From the human T2T-CHM13v2.0 reference genome, Homo sapiens: 64,000 nucleotides of DNA. Below, piece after piece: positions 44,595 through 64,000 of the stretch. Location: the NCBI RefSeq assembly GCF_009914755.1, contig NC_060925.1, one strand, 5' to 3'. Made by a program: the position numbers and the translations under genes. Every line of letters begins with the position of its first letter. Within the stretch, counting starts at the first letter, position 1. The notes beneath the pieces are model-generated. The model saw nothing but the letters and a program-made list of their open reading frames with translations. It was not told where the DNA came from and searched no databases.

Positions 44595-46373
44595 CTGAAA
44601 TCACCATCACCTTAATGGGCTAGAAAAGGTGGGGTTTAGAGGTAGATACTTTTATTCATTTTTCTTAAATTGTATTTCTCAATTGCCACTCAAGGATCTT
44701 GGAAGATGTATTTAATCTCAACATCAAATTAGAGTTCTAGGAGACCAAGGCAATTGAATATGTCATTGGACAAAACTCCACTTCATATCCTTTGGTGTGT
44801 AAATGATTCATTCCTTGAAGAAGAAAGGTTCTGGTTAATTTGCGGCTTCGTTATGATTTGCTGCTTTTTTGTGATAAGGATGAGGGGAACTGCCTTTAGA
44901 AAAACTGGTTCCGTGGTAGGATCATGGTAGGATGACCTCTGGCCTCTCTCCCTGGGCTCTCTGCTGTAGCTTTCTTCCTCTCTAAGGCTTATTCCTGAAG
45001 CTTCACTAGAGACAGGTAAAATACAGTTCCTGCCCTCCGGAAGTTTCCAAATCAGCTGTGGATATAGATTACTGTAGGAGAATCATAAAATCACAGGAGT
45101 ACAAATAAAATGCAGTTTCAGAGAAAGTACACATTACTTTTTGCCTCAGCTTGTACTGTAACATTAGCCTGTGTCTTTATCAGCCTAGAGCTTTACTTTG
45201 TTTTATTATTTTAAAAAAGAAAATCGTTCTGCTGGACTGGAAATACCTTGACGCCAGAGGCCATGTTATTTTTATCTTTTGATCTCCTCTCTATTCTAGT
45301 ACATTCAGGCTCCACACAGGACACAGCACACATAATACTGCCTGGTAAGCATTTGCTGACATCACTGAATTGGGGAAGGTGTTGTTGAAAAGGTAGAACT
45401 TGAGCTCTGTTTTTAAATAGAGAGGGGCAGTTGGCGGTGACACACTCCCCATCTATGAGTCATTTGTTCTGGGCCGCAAGGAAGAATTTGAAAACTCAGA
45501 ACAGAAGGGGAAAGAATGGCAGGTTGGTAGAATGACTAGAACAGAGCTGGGTGTTAGTTTGACAGAATATGAGGTCGGAGAGGAGGCCAACCAGCCTGGT
45601 TGCTGTTCTGGAGAATAATTGGGATATTACCGTGGCTAGATGCAGGAGGAGGGCCTTCCTGGGGTTGGAATGTTTGTGGAATGAATAGCATTTCTTTCCC
45701 TCTCTATTTCATCCTGAGGACACCGTCAGCTTCTTCACTGGTCCCTTAGCACATTTCATCCGTTCCTGGTGGTGGGAAGGTTGGAGCAGGGTGAGAGGGG
45801 AGCTGTTCAAATGATTTCCTTGTTCCTTTCTTCAACGTGTGTCAGTGTTATTAATTATTTTGTTCTGGAATTGGTTTGTTCTCAGGAAAGATGTTGAGTG
45901 CATTTTGAAAAACTATGTGAAAATTAGATTGAGCAAATAAAGTTTTTCCATTGTGGGAAGGATCCTGGATGACTTTATAGAGGTTCCATGGTTGAATAAG
46001 ATGACCTCTTTAAAAGCAGCTACCGAGCTCGGGGCAACAGCTCAAGCTAGAGACAGTGTAAAAACAGCAACTTTGGGGAAATAAATAAGTTTCTTTGTTG
46101 ACAGTGCTTGTGAGACATCTAGGAAGAGAGAGCAAATTTGCATGGGAAATCAGGCCTTGAGCTCAAGAGACGTCAGCGCAGAAATGAAGATTTAGCAGAC
46201 AAAGGTGGCAGCTTAAAGGGGGTGATGGTTGAGAGGCGCAGGCTGCAGTGAGCCAAGATCGTGCCACTGCACCAGCCTGGGTGATGGTGCAAGTCAGTTA
46301 GGTCCTTCACTAGACTCTGCTGTGGCCTAGGTGACTGGTGTCCAGGGCTCCATAACCACCAGCAATTAGAAGC

Positions 46374-50108
<3,735 letters not shown>

Positions 50109-50526
50109 GAGGACTAGTATGGTCCTGGCTGGAGCCGTGGCCCTGTTTGGCAATTTTGAGGTAAATGCAGCTGGAATAGTTTTCAGTTCAACCCTTGGCA
50201 AACCTTCAGTGTTTCCAGAAAAAAAAAAAAAAAAGCCACAGAGGAAGTTCAAAAGCTATCCCCAGTAGTCATCACCCTATCTCTTAGGACTGGCAATAAA
50301 CAGGAGGTCTGCTCCATGTCCTGTTCAGCAGCAGTGAGCTCTGGGAAGAAGTGAGCATTATTCACTGAGTAATACTTCTCAGCTACAGGGGTTGGTACAT
50401 TGTAAGTGTACAATGAATATTAGCTATTATTGTTTTTAAAAATTATTATTATTTAGAATTATGCTCTTCTAAGGATTCCATCTGAAACCCTAAGCATTCC
50501 TCTCATATACAGAATAAAGCACATAC

Positions 50527-50666
50527 CAAATTTGAGGCGTGCTTGCAAAGGATGGGGCCCAGAGAAATGTCCTAGCAGTCTTTGAACCCATTGTGATGAT
50601 GAACCAGATTGCCTTCTCAAGACACACGGTTTATCAGGTCTAGACCAGATATCCAAGTGTTATACT
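50527..50666 (-). pseudogene. Candidate exon G (140 nt, best frame phase 2 to 1): V*HLDIWSRPDKPCVLRRQSGSSSQWVQRLLGHFSGPHPLQARLKF
   Basis: Strong acceptor ttttcttcttttaacttgtag| and donor TTG|gtatgt; one stop; phase does not match F. Confidence 0.55.
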
Positions 50667-51714
50667 CTACAAGTTAAAAGAAGAAAATGCATCACCGTGA
50701 AAGTATTTTTTAATTCTCCTCCAGCACTGAAACTGATTTCTGTATTACAATCAAGTGTTCAAGCACTCACGATTCACTTGGAGAACCAGATAAGTTTAGC
50801 AGCTGATGAAGCCTCCACCTTCTGGGTCTGATTCCTTTCTGAGTTCCTGGGAGGACTAGGTTTTGGAATTTCCCCTAAACATATATCCTCTCAGGGCCGA
50901 ATCGGACCTTTGGCGTTTCCTGTTCTGTACTGGGAACCAGAAGCTTTCTGAATTATCTCATAGGACGTTTCCTGATCTTTTGAGCATGAAGATCATGTTT
51001 TTTACTTCCTCATCCCCTGATTCTCAGTCTCCAAGGAACATGTGTGTATTTCATTACAACCCCATGGTTTCCCGCACTCAATGATAAATACGTGGGTTAC
51101 AGTGTGAACATTCATACAGAACACCAAAGGTTACCAGTACAGATTTATGGCTTGTTACATCATTTTACAGTGGAGCTGATTCATTAGATCAGTTTATTTA
51201 GCAATGAAATAATATTAAATAAGGCAACTGTACCAACTTACACTAGCCCTGGCTTAGCTGACTCCACCACCTCCTCCCTCTTCTAATCAGTAGCCTGATA
51301 AGGCTGATCTGTACCCACGGGAACAGGCCTTGACTGGGGGAGGTAGCATGAGCTTCTTAATAGGGTCACTGTCTCTACAAAGGGACATCAGGAGCATTCC
51401 GTGTCATGAGTATTCGGGAATCTAAACATAGGGGTGATAATCCTTTTTAACAACACCATGTTTACTTGTAAGGTTTTGTGTACTTTTCTCTTGCAATTGT
51501 TTCCTTGAACCTCTCTTGTTTGGATTTGACTGTTTTGGTTCCTAACTCCAGAATGTGATTTTCCTTCCCTGTGCCATGCAGATCAGCAAAGATCACTTTA
51601 TTCCTCTTTACTCCTGCAAATTGCTGATCGCACTAGTTCTTTATGTTCAATTGGAAATAAATAAATTACTACCAGAATCAAAGTTAAATTTAGCGTATTC
51701 ATTGGATGTTTTCA

Positions 51715-56462
<4,748 letters not shown>

Positions 56463-56707
56463 TGCTTCTCTTTCAAAAGAGCTCAGTGCTAAACACTATT
56501 AGACTCTCTCTATGCAGATAGACAAAATGTCCTTTAAGATACTGAACGTTAAGAAATGAATTTAACAAAAGCTTTCATTTAGTAACCATTTCTTGAACAT
56601 TTCTTATATGCCTGTTACAGTGGTAGGCGTCTGGGAATACAGGCATGAGGAGGACAGAGGCTGCTTCGTGGGTGTTTTAGTGCATTAGGATGCCATCTGA
56701 GACAGAC

Positions 56708-56828
56708 TTTTCTGTGAAAAATCTTAGTCATCATCTCCTGGGTTTCCTCTGAATCTTGTGAGAAGGGCAGGGACATTCGAGGCTGGTAGTTCTGATGGTA
56801 AAACTGTACCATGGGTTTTGCAGCTGTC
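56708..56828 (-). pseudogene. Candidate exon F (121 nt, phase 2 to 0): TAAKPMVQFYHQNYQPRMSLPFSQDSEETQEMMTKIFHRK
   Basis: Acceptor cccacag|, weak donor AAA|gtctgt; open frame overlapping ORF 56615..56812. Confidence 0.45.
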
Positions 56829-57382
56829 CTGTGGGCTTGGGGTTATGAACAATGTAAGTAGAAGCAGAGAATGAGCGAGAACAAAATGGATCCTCACATG
56901 GACCCGGGAGCTCTTCCACCAATGAATCTTGGTATCAGGGAACAATTCTGGTCAATTTGGGGCCAAGTCTCCCGGCAGCTGAGTTCTGTCCCCGACGCAC
57001 CTTGACTTCATGGGGGAGAGAGGGGCTCATACAGTCAGCCTCTGTATAAGGTGACTGCTTCCTTGACCTCTTACATGTGCACAAAACAAAGCCAAGGGTG
57101 GTGAAATCATTTGCTCAGGTATTTGATGAATGCTGAATTTAGCTGAATACATTTGTCCATTTTAATTCTCTCACTCTTTTTAATCTTATTGAGTAACCCG
57201 TAAGAAAACTTTTTGGTATAATCCCGTAATTTCTAAACCTGGAAATGATAAATGCTTTAAAAAAAATGAACTGGAATGGAAAGGACTTTCTTCCAGAACA
57301 CTTTAAAGAAACATATTATCATGTGGAATCTCATTTTGAATGAATCAGAGTACAGTAAATCTCAAAATATCCACTGACTTGC

Positions 57383-57536
57383 CTGCTGTGGTTTACTCAA
57401 CAGGAAAATGACTTCAGCAGCATAATCTTTTACTCCAGATCCACATCAGGCAGCTTTTTGTGCTGTTCTGAAAACATCTTAATTCTTCCCCAAGTACCAT
57501 GTTTCTTGGAATTATTCACCGGAAATTAATAGTATT
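57383..57536 (-). pseudogene. Candidate exon E (154 nt, phase 1 to 2): YY*FPVNNSKKHGTWGRIKMFSEQHKKLPDVDLE*KIMLLKSFSC*VNHS
   Basis: Acceptor aaaattcag|, donor CAG|gcaagt (GC donor or decayed GT); three stops; phases bridge D and F. Confidence 0.4.
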
Positions 57537-57699
57537 CTGAATTTTAAAGCAATTCAAACCACAAGTGACTTTGTAATGGCTCTTAGCAGTAGTATAAAAA
57601 GCAATTGAGCACAGTTTATGATAGCATTAGTCACTACTGTGTATAGTACTCCCTTCCTCTGTCCCAAAGATGTGTGTTTCTATCCCTCTGTGATCACTG

Positions 57700-61300
<3,601 letters not shown>

Positions 61301-61460
61301 TAAACCCTGAAGAGCCATAAAAGCAAAATCTAAATATCAGGGATTATTGAAGGGAAGGAAGAGGGAAGCTGCAGGGTCAGCGTGAGGCTGGAAGTGGAGG
61401 CATGGAACAGGGAAGCTGGGAGATGCAACCTCAGTCTGGCAAATCATTATAGACTCTAAC

Positions 61461-61674
61461 CATCAGCATGGTGGAGACCAACTGGTCCCTCCTGCCAGTT
61501 GCGTATCTTGAACTCTTCAGGTATGTAACTGATAAATGGCAGCTAGGGTTTCTCAACGCCTCATCCACTCGGAGCCATCTAATCTCCGTCAACACGGTCA
61601 GATGTCTGGTTCCTGCTGCTTGGCCTTATTTCCACGGGCTGTCCATGTCAGCATGGAAGTGAGCACTCGTGCAG
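61461..61674 (-). pseudogene. Candidate exon C (214 nt, phase 2 to 0): CTSAHFHADMDSPWK*GQAAGTRHLTVLTEIRWLRVDEALRNPSCHLSVTYLKSSRYATGRRDQLVSTMLM
   Basis: Acceptor ctttattctccaccaaag|, weak donor ATG|gttaga; a single TAA in 71 codons. Confidence 0.45.
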
Positions 61675-62639
61675 CTTTGGTGGAGAATAAAGGTCATGTA
61701 CATACGTGCTCATTTCTAAATGAGCTGTAATTATATTTGCATCTCAGGACTCCATGACTCACCTCTGCCCTTATTAACTCCACCCAGTGATCTGCCTCTT
61801 GCATTCAAAGATGAAGTCACTCCATCCACTTCACTTTTCAAATCTTGGCAGAGCTTTCATGATGATTTTTTTCTTTGAAAGGAATCCAAAAGTTTGGATA
61901 CCAAACTTTCAGAGCCATCAAGGGCTCCTAGGGAGACGCGTCCATCCCCAAATGTGAGGTGTGTTGTGTTGTGTGTTTCTTGCTGAGACATGGTGAGCTC
62001 CTCCACATCAGAGGGCAAAGTGCCCATGGGCAGCAAATGTGCTTGTCACGTTGAACTTTAACCAAAGATCAAAAAGCATGGCGGAGATTCGAGTTTCTTA
62101 ATCTAAGTCGGTTTAAACTCCTGGTGAGAGGGGAGAAGCAAAACAAATATGAGCGTGACATCCTGCTTTTAGCGCTGAGAGCCGTGGTTCACAGGAAAAG
62201 GCTGTGAATCAGAAGGGGCCAAGAGCTCATCCTCTGGTCAGCACAAGCGATGTTTTCCACAAGGGAATGAGCCGAAGTGAAGAAGGCAGAAAAACACTGG
62301 AATCCCTTAAAATGCCTTGTTGTAAACACACGTCTCAAGTATTTGTTGAGTATTTACTATGGTGAGGAGATTGTCTTAAGTGCAAAGAAGACATAGTTTC
62401 TGCTCTTTTGGATTTACATTAGACAGTTACTAAGATAAATGGGAGGATCTGGAGATGAGGATTTTTCATTGTTTGTGGATGTGGGAAGCAGTCTTCACAG
62501 ATGCAGTATTGGAGACCAGTATCCTTGGTAACAATGGTGAAATTATTTATTTTCTCTAAAAAATTGTGATTTTTAAAATACTTTAACTATCAGATACTAG
62601 AAACATAAAATAATGATTCCCAGTTGCTAAGATTCATAT

Positions 62640-62870
62640 CGGCTAAACATTCACGAGGTTCCTATAACATGCCCTCACATACCTTACCTTATTCCGTGAC
62701 CGCAACAACTTTGTGAGATCGTTTTATCACCCCCATTTTACAGATGAGGAAACTGAGTCTTGGAGAGGTCAAATAACCTCCCCAACCTCCTACTAGTAAG
62801 TGGCAGAACAGGGATCAAAACCCCAGGTCTTCTAGTCATAAATTCTCTGCCTTCCACTCTATCAAAGCTG
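62640..62870 (-). mobile_element. MIR
   Basis: ccccattttacagatgaggaaactgag core. Confidence 0.9.
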
Positions 62871-63443
62871 CCCCATGAGGAAAAAACACCTAAAATTGAC
62901 TCATCTCTATGCCTATGGAAAAAACCTACCTAACCCCTGAAGTCAAGGAAACTTAAAATTCTCCTGCCAGATAGACTTCAGCGCTGAAGGACTTTAGGTT
63001 TCAGAATCCCTTCTTATACACCACTCCCACTTTGGGGTCTAATGAGGCTACCACATGAAATCTATCAAGCAAATCTGAGATTTTCAGGGCAAATTGAAAA
63101 ATCCATAATGTTTACATGGTCTAGATAAATTGTTATTGTTTATTTATATTCCAATTTCCTAAGAACTGATAGTAAAACTATCCTTACATGAACATGAAGA
63201 AAATTTCCAACACTCCAATATTATTTGTATCTACCTGTACTATCTCCAAGCTTTCCAGTTGAAAAATATAAAATCTGTGTTACTATTGGCCTCTGTCCCT
63301 TATTCCTGGACCTGGGCGTTAGCCTAGAGTCGCTCTGAAGTTAATGATTAAAATCTTTGAGTGGACATTCTCCACCGTTTCTTGGAAGCATTCTTGAGTT
63401 ACCCGTTAGTTTCCAGTCTTAAACAGAGAAATACAGATACCAC

Positions 63444-63608
63444 CTATTGGTAATGGTTTTTAGATCATGAATCTCCTTGTGGGATTACTTTGGAACATCT
63501 CCCCGCTCTTTATCGGCAGGCCGGATGGTGAAGGTCACTTCATCCTTTATCAGATTGTTATTCAACCACAATCCTTCTTTCAAGGATTCAGAAATACACA
63601 GGTTTCTA
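63444..63608 (-). pseudogene. Candidate exon B (165 nt, phase 2 to 2): RNLCISESLKEGLWLNNNLIKDEVTFTIRPADKERGDVPK*SHKEIHDLKTITN
   Basis: Acceptor gtttcttttag|, donor TAG|gtggta; one in-frame TAA; phase matches A and C. Confidence 0.5.
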
Positions 63609-63777
63609 CTAAAAGAAACGTCCATATCTTTAACCAATGCCTGTTTCTAGCACATTTCTCTAAGCGTAATTCTTTTTATCATCCAGATTCTTATGATTCA
63701 TTCAAAAGAAATTTAGAGCCAAATCTGGCTTTTAAGCAAATATTTCTAACAAACTGACCTATTTTAGTATCACTCAC

Positions 63778-63845
63778 CATAAGGTTATTTCAGGATGGTG
63801 AATGACAATATGCCAATGAACAGCAGAGGCTACCTTTTTTGATTC
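63778..63845 (-). pseudogene. Candidate exon A (68 nt, phase 0 to 2): ESKKVASAVHWHIVIHHPEITL
   Basis: Acceptor ggttgtttag|GAA, strong donor ATG|gtgagt; one frame is stop-free. Confidence 0.6.
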
Positions 63846-64000
63846 CTAAACAACCAGATTTTGTGAGACTACGTTTTTCTTCAGTGATTCATAATCAGTT
63901 TTGCAATTTGAAAGCAGTTTATGAGTCATTCAGTTTATGAATTTGTTGTCACTTCCTTAGAAAAGGGCTCCCTTTCCTTATAGCTTTTCAAGTTTAATTC

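Noticed and set aside
61453-61520. Plus-strand exon-like segment ending CAG|gtatgt
   Set aside because: Weak acceptor, no partner exon, and it overlaps candidate exon C on the other strand.
63530-63590. LWLNNNLI resembling a leucine-rich repeat
   Set aside because: Single occurrence with imperfect spacing and no neighbouring repeats.

Overview
Primate (almost certainly human) genomic DNA, extremely Alu-rich, with no CpG island and no intact protein-coding gene that I can recognise. It holds roughly 60 Alu/FLAM/FAM copies, L1 fragments of several ages, L2/MIR remnants, solo LTRs (MLT2A, THE1, MLT1, LTR16-like, ERV1-type) and a MER58 DNA transposon. A full-length processed RPL7A pseudogene lies on the minus strand (24244-25558) with poly(A) and target-site duplication (TSD), split by an Alu. 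Most entries in the ORF track are Alu/L1 artefacts. The main unexplained signal is a chain of about 11 short non-repetitive islands on the minus strand (63845 down to about 28939). Each is bounded by AG and GT/GC splice-like sites, and their best reading frames join in phase at 8 of the first 9 junctions while carrying scattered in-frame stops. This looks like a decayed multi-exon (unitary/unprocessed) pseudogene that I could not name. Repeat subfamily labels are from recalled consensus motifs, not from a RepeatMasker run, and repeat boundaries are approximate.
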